Shown here: in pieces, positions 40,895-50,681 of the stretch
Position numbering within the stretch: the first letter of the stretch is position 1
How the letters are laid out: each line of letters opens with the position of its first letter
NCBI GenBank assembly: GCA_022769565.1
Contig: JALEJQ010000008.1
Location: 15,833 to 79,832, forward strand
Direction of reading: 5' to 3'
Origin: Oscillospiraceae bacterium
GTDB taxonomy: Bacteria; Bacillota; Clostridia; Oscillospirales; Ruminococcaceae
Length of the DNA stretch: 64,000 nucleotides
Program-made: the position numbers and the translations under genes
Notes under the pieces: model-generated
The model's database searches: none
Told to the model about the DNA's origin: nothing
What the model saw: only the letters and a program-made list of their open reading frames with translations

Positions 40895-41785
40895 CTACTC
40901 CGGTTTAGCCGTGTTGAACCTGAACACATCCGCCACTTCGGAAATGGTAACGTAGGCTTCGGGGTCAAGATTCTGTACAATAGTGCGCATTTTTGTTATC
41001 TGAAAACGGTTTACAACGATATAAAGCACCGTTTTCGGAGACTGGGAATAGTAACCCTTGGCTTCGATGACCGTTATTCCGCAGCCGAATTCCTCCGAAA
41101 GGGCAGCTCCCACCTCGTCGGGGCAGCCGGTAATGACCATTGCGGATTTGGAGCGGTCGATACCTTCAACTATGTAGTCTACCGTTTTCAGCGCAGCGGC
41201 GTAGGCTACTATGGAATAAAGAGGAAGTATCCAGCTTTTCAGCACTATTCCGCATATCACATATAGTGCAACGTTGTATATCATAACGAAAGTGCCTACG
41301 GAAATGCCTATTTTCTTTGCAAATATCACCGCCATAACTTCGATCCCGTCCATTGCTCCTCCGGAACGTATGGCAAGACCGCTTCCCGTGCCGGAAATAA
41401 GACCGCCGAATAAGGAGCAGAGCAGCAGGTCGGAGCCTGCCAACGGAGAAACTATGCTTACGTCCACAGGCAGAATGTCCGTTATGAGCCATGCCCCGAG
41501 AGAGTACACCAGCACGGCATATATGGCAGATATAGTAAAGGCTGCACCCTGTTTTTTTGCACCGTAAAGGAAAAGCGGAACGTTAAGCAGCACAAGGAAA
41601 ACCGAAAGCGAAAAAAACTCGGGGGTAAGGCTTGAAAGAAGAATGGAGGTGCCTGAAATGCCGCTGTCGTAAAGGTTAACGGGCGCAAGAAACATTGTTA
41701 CGCCTATTGCGTTGATAATACCTGCGACAGTCAGCCAAAGCATCTTTTTCAGACCTATTTTTTTTACTTCGGCAAGAAGCTTCAT
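40895..41785 (-). CDS. YitT-family membrane protein (DUF2179 C-terminal domain)
   Basis: Five to six TM segments followed by a soluble C-terminal domain. The overall pattern is typical of YitT/YqfU. Confidence 0.75.
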   Translation of the reverse strand: MKLLAEVKKIGLKKMLWLTVAGIINAIGVTMFLAPVNLYDSGISGTSILLSSLTPEFFSLSVFLVLLNVPLFLYGAKKQGAAFTISAIYAVLVYSLGAWLITDILPVDVSIVSPLAGSDLLLCSLFGGLISGTGSGLAIRSGGAMDGIEVMAVIFAKKIGISVGTFVMIYNVALYVICGIVLKSWILPLYSIVAYAAALKTVDYIVEGIDRSKSAMVITGCPDEVGAALSEEFGCGITVIEAKGYYSQSPKTVLYIVVNRFQITKMRTIVQNLDPEAYVTISEVADVFRFNTAKPE

Positions 41786-41816
41786 AAAAATAACCTCCTC
41801 GGTATGGGTAAAATGC

Positions 41817-42668
41817 TTATTCGTCTGTTTCGGGAACGTCCTTTTCCGCCTGCTGTATGATCTTATTTTCGTCTATAACAAGAATTTCATCATCTATCCT
41901 TCTGCTGCGAGCAACACCGGTGAAAAACTTTGAGCTGAGTATCTTGCTCATATTCTCCCTGCCGGAGATATGTTCTATTTTATCCACCGCAAGCACCTTG
42001 TCAACTATCATTGCCAGACGGCTGCCCTCCTTGCTGAAGGTCACCATAGTTTCGCGGTAAAAGCTCTTGTAGCGGCGCTTTGCTTCGTCCATAATATCGA
42101 TTATTTCGGGAACGTACTCGTCCGTAACAAGGTTAAGAAGCTCTGTGATGTTGTGAGTTCTCTCGGGAGAATCTGGCTTTTTCCTTTCATAGGCAATAAG
42201 AGCGGCAGTCTTGTGCAGCTCGTTGTGGGGTATTTCTATCTTATGGAGGGAATAATCGGCATTGTGGGGATTGGACTTGAACTCGTCGTACCATCTGCCG
42301 AATTTGCAGGCGTGTGGGTCGGTGGTAAGGGTAAAGTCTACGTCCGCTTCAACGCAGCGTTTAAGCTCGTTTGCCCATTCGATGTGATCCTTTTCTCTTT
42401 GGTCAAGCATTGCGGTAAATTCCCTGCATTCATCGTCAAGAGAGGGAAAACCGAACAGCCTGCGCATATCGAGAACGGGGTGAACGCTTCCTCTTATGTC
42501 CGTGATGCCCCTGTATATTTCGGGAGCGGAGGGAACGGGGGTTATCCTGTCGGGAATGGTCATTATCCCCGTAACGCTTTCGCTTTTTACGGTATATGTA
42601 CGTCCGCAGAGGGAAAAAATCAGCCATGGCATATCTTCTGCGGAGAGATTTTTTTCGTTGTCTGTCAT
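41817..42668 (-). CDS. CheW-like protein with inserted CZB zinc-binding domain
   Basis: CheW blocks sit at both ends. The central HIEW-x22-CKFGRW-x21-HNELH fits the CZB 3His/1Cys consensus. ATG at 42668 follows GGAGG. Confidence 0.8.
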   Translation of the reverse strand: MTDNEKNLSAEDMPWLIFSLCGRTYTVKSESVTGIMTIPDRITPVPSAPEIYRGITDIRGSVHPVLDMRRLFGFPSLDDECREFTAMLDQREKDHIEWANELKRCVEADVDFTLTTDPHACKFGRWYDEFKSNPHNADYSLHKIEIPHNELHKTAALIAYERKKPDSPERTHNITELLNLVTDEYVPEIIDIMDEAKRRYKSFYRETMVTFSKEGSRLAMIVDKVLAVDKIEHISGRENMSKILSSKFFTGVARSRRIDDEILVIDENKIIQQAEKDVPETDE

Positions 42669-42840
42669 AATATTCCTCCATTCGTAATTGCTTGGCATTG
42701 CATTTTATTATATAGTATAACATATTTTTTTCTGATTTTCAATAGCTGTTATGGGGCGGCTTGATTTTATGCAGAAATGCATACCATTTTTTATGAAAAA
42801 CGTTGTATAATATAAAAAATGATTGAAAGGGGAATGTAAA

Positions 42841-43644
42841 GTGGGCTTGAAAGAGCTTTTTTGCACTTCCGTTACCGGCAAGCCGACGGTGCCGGTTACA
42901 AGCGGAAGTATGCGTGTAAAAGGAGAGGCTGCCGCCGCTCAGATATGCAGCAAGGATAATGTTATGTGCAGTGCCGATGAGATAGAGCTGCTGTACTTAA
43001 AAAGCCGCAGCAGATTCAGGCTGTATAAAGCTCTTAACAGAGCATGTCTTATCGGGTGCTTGGCGTTCTTTTTATTTCCTTATATATTGCCACTGATGAA
43101 GCGGCTGATACCCAATGAATTTGTCAGGGCAGGACTGCTGCTTCTTTATTTTGCTTTTCTGGTTCCCGGAAGGATATGGAGTCGCCAAATGTACGACTAT
43201 AAGATGCGGCGCATGATATACAAGACCATACTGCTTGAAAAAAGGAAGCAGGAGTACGGCGATGATATTGAGGGCTATAACCGCTATGTGGACGAAATGG
43301 GTGACCTTTTATCCATAGAAGAGAGGACTGTAATAGACCCTCAGACAGAGTTTGCCTTTATCGGTGTTATAAATCCATCTATCACAGCGGACAAGCAGCT
43401 TGAGCAGGTGCGCTACAAGCTTGGCGGTCAGAAAAAGGTGAAGAAGATCTCGGCAATAGCAGCTGCGGTATTAGCCGTGCTTTCGTCGGTCGACTTTATT
43501 TATTACGGCAGAGCAAATTTTGCGGTAATGTGGGGATATGTGTTCGCAGCGGCGTTTTTTATTATCCTGATATGTATGTCCCGTTCCTCAAAGAAGCTGA
43601 GGGAACGGGAAGAAGAGCTGGAATGTATTTTGGAAGATGAATAA
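42841..43644 (+). CDS. hypothetical membrane protein
   Basis: GTG at 42841 follows AAAGGGGA (a TTG at 42823 is also possible). Four hydrophobic segments. No known motif. Confidence 0.5.
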   Translation: MGLKELFCTSVTGKPTVPVTSGSMRVKGEAAAAQICSKDNVMCSADEIELLYLKSRSRFRLYKALNRACLIGCLAFFLFPYILPLMKRLIPNEFVRAGLLLLYFAFLVPGRIWSRQMYDYKMRRMIYKTILLEKRKQEYGDDIEGYNRYVDEMGDLLSIEERTVIDPQTEFAFIGVINPSITADKQLEQVRYKLGGQKKVKKISAIAAAVLAVLSSVDFIYYGRANFAVMWGYVFAAAFFIILICMSRSSKKLREREEELECILEDE

Positions 43645-43646
43645 AA

Positions 43647-43688
43647 GACCCGTCTGCAAGGCAGCTGAACAGGCTTTGCAGACGGGTC
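43647..43688. terminator. bidirectional stem-loop between convergent genes
   Basis: 13-bp stem GACCCGTCTGCAA/TTGCAGACGGGTC with flanking A/T runs. Confidence 0.65.
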
Positions 43689-43693
43689 AAATT

Positions 43694-44017
43694 TTATTGT
43701 ATCAAATAGGACATTATAAGGTCGGTAACAAACGCCGCTCCGCAGGCTGCCGCAGCGACCGTAAGCAGGGATTTGTTCCTGAACGCAAGCAGCATTGCAA
43801 TGATACAGCCCACTGCCGCAGATACCATATTTCCCGTTGAATAAAATATGGCAGGTATAGTCATGGCTCCAAGCACCGCATATGGCACATAATAAAGAAA
43901 ATCCTTAAGAAATTTTGATTTCAGCTTCTTTCTGAATACAACGAAGGGCACCATTCTTACAGCGTATGTAACAAGCGCCATTACAGCAATGTAAACAGGT
44001 ATTGCAATTCCGCTCAT
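43694..44017 (-). CDS. azlD: branched-chain amino acid exporter small subunit
   Basis: 107 aa with 3-4 TM segments. 4-nt overlap with azlC. Confidence 0.8.
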   Translation of the reverse strand: MSGIAIPVYIAVMALVTYAVRMVPFVVFRKKLKSKFLKDFLYYVPYAVLGAMTIPAIFYSTGNMVSAAVGCIIAMLLAFRNKSLLTVAAAACGAAFVTDLIMSYLIQ

Positions 44018-44751
44018 TCCGCTTCCTCCTTTTCACCGCCGTCCTTAACGGGGAAAACAAGTGCTCCCAGGACCGATGCCGCAAGTGCGCATATGATTAT
44101 AACGAATCCCACGGATACCCCCGACAGCGCAGGTATGTACTTAAAGCAGCAGCTCATTGCCGCAGATAAAAGCACCACCGTCAGCACTCCTGCGGACCTC
44201 CTTGCAGGGGGAATAAATATGGCGATGAACATTCCGTATATTGCAATGCCAAGCGCCGCCTTCAGCCTTGCAGGCAGTATCTCGCCGGCAGCCGCACCCA
44301 GCAGCGTTCCAAGGCTCCAGCATACAAAGGGAACGGCTATAAGCCCGTACATATAGCTTCTGCTTATGTCGCCCTTTTTGCCCGAAGCCACCGCAAATAT
44401 CTCGTCCGTTATGCCGAAGGATACCGCCAGACGGTGACCTGTGGTAAAGCTGCTGTCCAGCTTTTGTGAAAGGGAAATGCTCATCAGCGCATAGCGCATA
44501 TTTATGATAAGCTGCGCAAGCGCCATTTCAAGAAGCGTACCTCCTGCGGCGATTATGCCAAGTCCTGCCACCTGTCCTGCGGAGGTAAGATTTGTCATTG
44601 ATATAAGTGTGGCATAAAGCACCGACAAGCCCTGTGACACCGCAGCAATGCCGAAGCTGAAGGACACCGAAAGGTACCCAAGACCTATGGGTATGCCGTC
44701 CTTTATTCCCTGAACGAAGCCAAGCCCCGTTTTGCTTTCCGTATTTTTCAT
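44014..44751 (-). CDS. azlC: branched-chain amino acid exporter large subunit
   Basis: FVQGIKDGIPIGLGYLSVSFSFG...MTNLTSAGQ is the AzlC signature. Confidence 0.85.
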   Translation of the reverse strand: MKNTESKTGLGFVQGIKDGIPIGLGYLSVSFSFGIAAVSQGLSVLYATLISMTNLTSAGQVAGLGIIAAGGTLLEMALAQLIINMRYALMSISLSQKLDSSFTTGHRLAVSFGITDEIFAVASGKKGDISRSYMYGLIAVPFVCWSLGTLLGAAAGEILPARLKAALGIAIYGMFIAIFIPPARRSAGVLTVVLLSAAMSCCFKYIPALSGVSVGFVIIICALAASVLGALVFPVKDGGEKEEAE

Positions 44752-44842
44752 AACTATACAAACTCCCTGTTTTTTCATCAAATTTCAAACACAAATTTCA
44801 TTATAGCATCTTACGCTCTTTCAGGCAATATACAAAATGACG

Positions 44843-45047
44843 AAAAAAGTTTGAAGTGTGAAGAGTGGAGAGTGAAGTTTTTTTCGGAATGTGAAATGTG
44901 GAAAGTTGAAAGTGGAATTAATGTGTCGGCTTCGCCGATGATTTTAAAATCCGCGAGCGCAGCGAACACCATAATTCTTCATTCCACTTTTCACTTTCCA
45001 CATTCAATAAAACTCCACTCTCCACTCTCCACTCTTCAAACTTTTTT
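44843..45047. repeat. X-family heptamer-array inverted repeat, copy X4
   Basis: About 75-nt arms built from degenerate 7-nt units (GAAGTGT GAAGAGT GGAGAGT ... GGAATGT GAAATGT GGAAAGT) and their complements, flanking the conserved core in reverse orientation. Confidence 0.85.
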
Positions 45048-45201
45048 AAGTTATCAACAAAAATTGTTATGTAAATTTGTATGAAAAAATATTGTTTTCA
45101 CTTGCAATTTATGTGCAAGTGTGCTATAATTTTTAAATAAACAACGGAAACCGTAATGCATATGGAGCATAAAACGGAAACCGGCTGAGGGAGGCTTTTG
45201 T

Positions 45202-45813
45202 ATGAGCTATAAGGTTATAACAATAGGAAGACAGTTCGGAAGCGGCGGTCATATCGTCGGTGAAAGGCTTGCCGAAAAGCTGGGCTGGGCTTATTACGAC
45301 AGAAAACTTATCGAGCTTGCGGCGGAAAAAAGCGGAATGAGCCACAGCGTTCTCTGTGAGGCGGACGAAAAGGCTGCAAATCCTTGGCTTTACGCAGCTA
45401 TGAGCCAGTCGGGACAGGCGAACTTCGGCGTTAATCTCTGCACCAACGACGCCTTGTTCAATATCCAGAGCGAAATAATCAAAAATATTGCGGATACGGA
45501 AAACGCCGTTATTGTAGGCCGCTGCTCCGACTATATTTTAAGGAATCGGGATGTTGACCTTACCAATGTGTTCATTTACGCACCTATGGAGGCAAGGATA
45601 AAGCGCACTATGGAACGTGACGGTCTGACGGAAGCCGAAGCTGCGGCGAAAATAAAGCGTCACGACAAGCAGCGCCGCCTTTACTATGATTTTTATACCG
45701 ACCGCAAATGGTCCTCACACGTTAACTACGACATCACCGTAAACAGCGAGACCTTCGGCCTTGACGGAACGGTGGATCTTATTTACGGGGCAGTTGTCAA
45801 TAAAAATAAGTAA
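45202..45813 (+). CDS. cytidylate-kinase-like family protein
   Basis: The N-terminus ITIGRQFGSGGHIVGERLAEKLGWAYYDRKLIE is typical of the Cytidylate_kin2 family. Confidence 0.8.
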   Translation: MSYKVITIGRQFGSGGHIVGERLAEKLGWAYYDRKLIELAAEKSGMSHSVLCEADEKAANPWLYAAMSQSGQANFGVNLCTNDALFNIQSEIIKNIADTENAVIVGRCSDYILRNRDVDLTNVFIYAPMEARIKRTMERDGLTEAEAAAKIKRHDKQRRLYYDFYTDRKWSSHVNYDITVNSETFGLDGTVDLIYGAVVNKNK

Positions 45814-45825
45814 GTTTTTATTCCG

Positions 45826-46040
45826 AATGAATAGAGATTAGTGGATAGTGAATAATTAAGGTATCGCCTGCGGCAATGTATTTAAGGCAACACCGTACAA
45901 AGACCGCCTTTCGGATTTGTGCGGTATTTCCTTAAGATCCGTGAGCGCAGCGAACACCTTAATTATTCATTTTTCATTATTCATTATTCATTTAGCGCAG
46001 CACCTATGTTCATTTAGCCAAACGCCTCTAATCTCTAATT
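45826..46040. repeat. X-family inverted repeat with nested insertion, copy X5
   Basis: AATGAAT/AGTGAAT-type arms. The core is split at its ATTTTAAAAT centre by an extra hairpin (ACCGTACAAA...TTTGTGCGGT). Confidence 0.8.
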
Positions 46041-46122
46041 TAAAAAATTTTTCTTTATTTTTCCGTAAAAATAGGTTATAATAAGTAACAGCTGACTTAT
46101 ATTGCCGAAAGGAATGAAAAAA

Positions 46123-48012
46123 ATGAAGGACGGTTTTATCCGTGCAGCCGCTCTGACCCCCGAAATAAAGGTCGCCGACTGCATTTACAATGCCGAAAGA
46201 ATAATTGAGCTTGCCGGTGAGGCTGCCGCCGCGGAGGTTTCCGTTGCCGTTTTCCCCGAGCTTTGCATTACAGGCTATACCTGCGGAGATCTTTTTCTCC
46301 ACAAGGCTCTCCTTGACAGCGCCGAACAGGCTCTTATGAAAATTGCGGAGGAAACAAGGAATTATGATATGCTGCTTATCGTCGGTCTGCCCGTAAGCTA
46401 CGGAGGAAAGCTGTACAACTGCGGCGCAGCCTTGAAGGACGGACGTGTTCTCGGTCTTGTGCCGAAAATGAATATACCAAACTACAGCGAATTTTACGAA
46501 GCAAGGCACTTTGCTTCCGGCAAGGGCGTAAGGGCGCACCTTGATAAATTCGGCGGCACCGAGCTTGGCAAGGTGCTGTTTGAAAGCAATATCCCCGGTC
46601 TTACCGTCGGAATAGAGATATGTGAGGACCTTTGGGTGGCAAGTCCGCCGTCGGGAGAGCTTGCCGCAGCAGGTGCAACTGTCATATGCAACCTTTCCGC
46701 CTCCGATGAGGTGATAGGCAAGGGCGAATACCGCCGCCAGCTCGTTAGATCCCAATCCGCAAGGCTTATCTGCGGCTATATCTACGCCGATGCAGGTCTT
46801 GGCGAATCAACGCAGGATATGGTTTTCTCCGGTCACAACCTTATCTGTGACAACGGCACACTTATTGCCGAAAGCAAAAAATTCACAACGGGTATGACCT
46901 TCTCCGAGATAGATGTTCAGCGCATTGACGGTGAACGCCGCAGAATGAACACCTTTCCGTTTTCTTCGGAGCAGGAGTTTAAGTTCATAAAATTTGAGCT
47001 TAAAGAAAAGGAACTTGAGCTTACAAGAAAATACGAGCCGATGCCCTTCGTTCCCTCGGACAAGACCGACCTTGCCGCAAGGTGCGAGGAAATTCTCACA
47101 ATGCAGGCAACGGGACTTCTTACCCGTCTGAAGCATATCGGCTGCAAAACGGCGGTGCTTGGTCTTTCCGGCGGTCTGGACAGCACACTTGCCCTTATTG
47201 TCACCGTTCACGCCTTTGATATGCTCTGTCTTGACAGAAAGGGCATAATCGCAGTTACAATGCCCTGCTTCGGAACGACCAAACGCACAAAAAGCAACGC
47301 CTGCAAGCTTGCCGAGGCTTACGGCGTACAGCTTCGTGAGGTGAACATCTCCGCTTCCGTAAGGCAGCATTTCGCCGACATAGGACAAAGGGAGGACGTT
47401 CACGACGTTACCTACGAAAACGGTCAGGCAAGAGAGCGCACGCAGGTGCTTATGGACATTGCCAACAAGGAAAACGGCATTGTTATCGGTACGGGCGACC
47501 TTTCCGAGCTTGCCTTGGGCTGGGCGACCTACAACGGCGACCATATGTCAATGTATGGGGTCAACGCCTCCGTTCCCAAGACCCTTGTGCGGCACCTTAC
47601 CGCATATGAACGTGATTCGGCGGTTGACAAGGAGCTTGCCGCAGTCCTTGACGATGTGCTGAACACCCCCGTTTCCCCCGAGCTGCTCCCACCGTCAGAG
47701 GGCGAGATCTCACAGAAAACGGAGGACATTGTGGGTCCCTACGAGCTTCACGATTTCTTCCTTTACTACTTTGTAAGATGCGCTTTTCCGCCTGAGAAGA
47801 TACTCCGACTTGCCGTTTCCGCCTTCAAGGGCAGCTATGACGAGGGTACTATTAAAAAGTGGCTGGATACCTTTATGCGCCGCTTCTTCTCCCAGCAGTT
47901 CAAGCGCTCCTGCCTGCCCGACGCTCCCAAGGTGGGCAGCGTTACCCTTTCTCCCAGAGGAGACTTCCGTATGCCCAGCGACGCTTCAAGGTCTGCTTTT
48001 TTGATGAGGTGA
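46123..48012 (+). CDS. nadE: glutamine-dependent NAD+ synthetase (CN-hydrolase + synthetase)
   Basis: N-terminal nitrilase-like domain (FPEL, CEDLW). The synthetase domain carries the SGGLDS PP-loop. The start could be 46114 or 46123. Confidence 0.9.
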   Translation: MKDGFIRAAALTPEIKVADCIYNAERIIELAGEAAAAEVSVAVFPELCITGYTCGDLFLHKALLDSAEQALMKIAEETRNYDMLLIVGLPVSYGGKLYNCGAALKDGRVLGLVPKMNIPNYSEFYEARHFASGKGVRAHLDKFGGTELGKVLFESNIPGLTVGIEICEDLWVASPPSGELAAAGATVICNLSASDEVIGKGEYRRQLVRSQSARLICGYIYADAGLGESTQDMVFSGHNLICDNGTLIAESKKFTTGMTFSEIDVQRIDGERRRMNTFPFSSEQEFKFIKFELKEKELELTRKYEPMPFVPSDKTDLAARCEEILTMQATGLLTRLKHIGCKTAVLGLSGGLDSTLALIVTVHAFDMLCLDRKGIIAVTMPCFGTTKRTKSNACKLAEAYGVQLREVNISASVRQHFADIGQREDVHDVTYENGQARERTQVLMDIANKENGIVIGTGDLSELALGWATYNGDHMSMYGVNASVPKTLVRHLTAYERDSAVDKELAAVLDDVLNTPVSPELLPPSEGEISQKTEDIVGPYELHDFFLYYFVRCAFPPEKILRLAVSAFKGSYDEGTIKKWLDTFMRRFFSQQFKRSCLPDAPKVGSVTLSPRGDFRMPSDASRSAFLMR

Positions 48013-48154
48013 AATTTTTACAATAAAATATATACAAAAATCCTATTGTGCAGGAAGGATGTTTAGTGTATAATATTAACAGAGTTAATTCAACATCTCC
48101 TGTTTCAATTAACAAATATTTTGCTATTCTCTTTTAAAATGTTTTTGGTAGAAA

Positions 48155-48183
48155 GTGGACATTTGCTCGGTGTCCGCTTTTTG
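48155..48183 (+). terminator. possible terminator after nadE
   Basis: GGACA-loop-TGTCC followed by GCTTTTT. The stem is short. Confidence 0.35.
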
Positions 48184-48320
48184 CTTTGTGCTTTTTGTGC
48201 AGAAAATGTCGATTTGTACAATGTAACGGATTACTGGCATAAGCGGACATTTATTTTGTACAAGTTATAGCAAAAATTTTGTGTTATGTGCCGAATATTT
48301 GTAAATATGGGATACAACGC

Positions 48321-48349
48321 TTGAATTCTGTACTCTTTTGGTATATAAT
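48321..48349 (+). promoter_or_regulatory. sigma-A-type promoter (TTGAAT-17-TATAAT) of the MCP gene
   Basis: Hexamers at 48321-48326 and 48344-48349. Confidence 0.5.
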
Positions 48350-48392
48350 GAAAAGACAAATACAGCTTATTCTTTTTCAGGAGGATATGACA

Positions 48393-50363
48393 ATGAAATC
48401 TATCAGTAAAAAAATAACGCTGAACACAGTTCTTTTAGTATGTCTGGCTCTGTTTGTCATGGGCGGAGTGGCGTGTTCGATAGTTTATAACTGCGCCGTG
48501 GATCTTACAAGAACGAGCATATTGGAAATTGCCGAGGTTATGTCCGAAAGAGTGCGGTGGGAGATCGAGGCTTACCATAATATAGCCAAGGATCTTGGTA
48601 CTTCCGAGGTGCTGTGCGACCCCTCTTCCTCAAAGGAAGAAAAACAGGCTATCCTTGACGCTAAGACCGCTCAGTACGGACTTCAGCGCTGCAATTACAT
48701 AGATGCGTCCGGAAACGGCATCGACGGCAATAACTACAGCGACAGAGCCTATTATCAGTCTGCGATGAAGGGCGAGGCTATGGTCTCCGAACCCCTTGTT
48801 TCAAAGGTAACGGGCAAGCTGACTATAATAATTGCCGCTCCTCTGTGGAAGGACGGCATCGCAAATTCCGAAGCTATCGGCTGCGTTTACGTTGTTCCCG
48901 ATGAAGAATTCCTCAACGAGATCATGCGCAGCACAAGGATAGGCAAGAACGGCGTTGCGTTTGTCCTTGACAAGAACGGAACACTTATTGCTTCCATTGA
49001 TTCGGACAGCGTTAAGGCAGGCGTAAACTTCATTGCCCTTGCCGAAATGGACAAGGCATACGCAGGTATGGCTTCTCTCGGTGAGAAAATGATAACAGGG
49101 GAAAGCGGAACGCTGGAATACTCCTTCGGCGGAACCACCTGCTTCTCCGGCTATTTGCCTTTAAGAGATACAAACGGCTGGTCTCTTGCCGTTTATGCTC
49201 CTGCAGGAGATTTCCTCTCGTCAACATATAATGCTATAATCATTACGCTGGTTGTCAACGTTATATCGGCAATTATCGCAGTAATACTTTCTATCCGTCT
49301 CGGCAGAAAGATCGGCGGTCCTGTTTCAAAGTGTACCGAAAGAATAAAGCTCCTTGCAGAGGGCGACCTTTCTTCTCCAGTTCCTGTAATACGCTCAAAG
49401 GACGAAACAGGAGTGCTTGCAGAGGCAACGGACAGCGTTGTTTCCAGCCTTAACAATATAATCGGCAGCATGGGCGGCGCTCTCGGACAGATGGCGGAAG
49501 GAAACCTTGCTGTGGATATTTCCGATGACGAGCGCTTTTATGTGGGCGATTTCGGCAAGCTGGCAGAATATGTAAAGAGTATTGATGAAAAGCTCAGCGA
49601 TACTATGGGTCAGATCGGCATAGCTGCAGATCAGGTGTCCGCAGGCTCCGAACAGGTATCCGCAGGGGCACAGGCTCTTTCGCAGGGCGCAACCGAACAG
49701 GCTTCCTCCATTGAAGAACTTGCAGCTACCATACATGAGATATCGGGTCATGTAAACACCACCTCACGGAACTGCTCGGAAGCAAGACAGCTTGTCAACG
49801 AGACCTCGGATAAGGTAAACGAGGCAAACGAAGAAATGAACCGCCTTACCTCTGCGATGAACAACATCAACGACACCTCCAACCAGATAGGAAACATCAT
49901 AAAGACCATTGAAGACATTGCTTTCCAGACCAATATCCTTGCCCTTAACGCCGCAGTTGAAGCCGCAAGAGCAGGTGAAGCAGGAAAGGGCTTTGCAGTG
50001 GTTGCTGACGAGGTAAGAAATCTTGCCTCCAAGTCTGCCGAAGCTGCAAGCAATACCACAAAGCTTATCGAACAAACCGTTGAAGCCGTAAGAAACGGAA
50101 CGGAAATAACCGCCGCTACCGCAGAATCCATGAACAAGGTGGGCGAATATACAGCCAAGGTGGAAAACATCGTTATCAGCGTAGCGGACGCAAGCGAACA
50201 GCAGGCGGATATGATAGACCAGATAACAACGGGAGTGGAGCAGATCTCCGGCGTTGTACAGAACAACTCCGCAACTGCCGAAGAAAGCGCCGCCTCCGCA
50301 GAAGAGCTTTCAAGCCAGGCTTCGATGCTCAGAGAGCTTGTAGCTTCGTTTAAGGTAAAGTAA
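48393..50363 (+). CDS. methyl-accepting chemotaxis protein (Cache-like sensor, HAMP, signalling domain)
   Basis: TM, extracytoplasmic domain, TM, HAMP, then the highly conserved MCP hairpin [37 protein letters not shown]. Confidence 0.9.
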   Translation: MKSISKKITLNTVLLVCLALFVMGGVACSIVYNCAVDLTRTSILEIAEVMSERVRWEIEAYHNIAKDLGTSEVLCDPSSSKEEKQAILDAKTAQYGLQRCNYIDASGNGIDGNNYSDRAYYQSAMKGEAMVSEPLVSKVTGKLTIIIAAPLWKDGIANSEAIGCVYVVPDEEFLNEIMRSTRIGKNGVAFVLDKNGTLIASIDSDSVKAGVNFIALAEMDKAYAGMASLGEKMITGESGTLEYSFGGTTCFSGYLPLRDTNGWSLAVYAPAGDFLSSTYNAIIITLVVNVISAIIAVILSIRLGRKIGGPVSKCTERIKLLAEGDLSSPVPVIRSKDETGVLAEATDSVVSSLNNIIGSMGGALGQMAEGNLAVDISDDERFYVGDFGKLAEYVKSIDEKLSDTMGQIGIAADQVSAGSEQVSAGAQALSQGATEQASSIEELAATIHEISGHVNTTSRNCSEARQLVNETSDKVNEANEEMNRLTSAMNNINDTSNQIGNIIKTIEDIAFQTNILALNAAVEAARAGEAGKGFAVVADEVRNLASKSAEAASNTTKLIEQTVEAVRNGTEITAATAESMNKVGEYTAKVENIVISVADASEQQADMIDQITTGVEQISGVVQNNSATAEESAASAEELSSQASMLRELVASFKVK

Positions 50364-50377
50364 ACAGAATAAAATAA

Positions 50378-50541
50378 GGGAACCTCTAAAAACCTCCTTC
50401 ACGGCAAATTTTCTATGACTTTGTTCATCTGCTGCGTTATCAAACCTTGTAATACATCAAGTATTACTGCGGTTTGATGCCTTGCAGCTAAACAAAGTCA
50501 TGGACGAAAATTTGCTCGTGTCCCGGTTTTTAGAGAACCCC
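50378..50541 (+). repeat. rod-like hairpin repeat, copy 2
   Basis: Collinear with 1920-2082. Same termini and apex, with compensated arm differences. Flanked by ATAA on both sides. Confidence 0.85.
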
Positions 50542-50681
50542 ATAAAACAAACTGTCAGACACGACAGCGGTACATCCTCTGCCGTGTCTGCAGATTTTCA
50601 CAAAAAGCGACGTTTTTTTGTCTGCCGTTAATTTGCACAGAAAAACGCCGTTTTTTTTTATACCCTATTTCAAAAAGCCCC

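Noticed and set aside
44843-45047. Possible CRISPR array or coding tandem repeat in the heptamer arrays
   Set aside because: The units are 7 nt with no spacers and form a single large palindrome. There are no cas genes in the window. The 7-nt period is out of frame for coding.
45988-47544. Minus-strand ORFs of 255 and 245 aa
   Set aside because: They are antisense to nadE, which has intact CN-hydrolase and PP-loop motifs. The first also runs through repeat X5.
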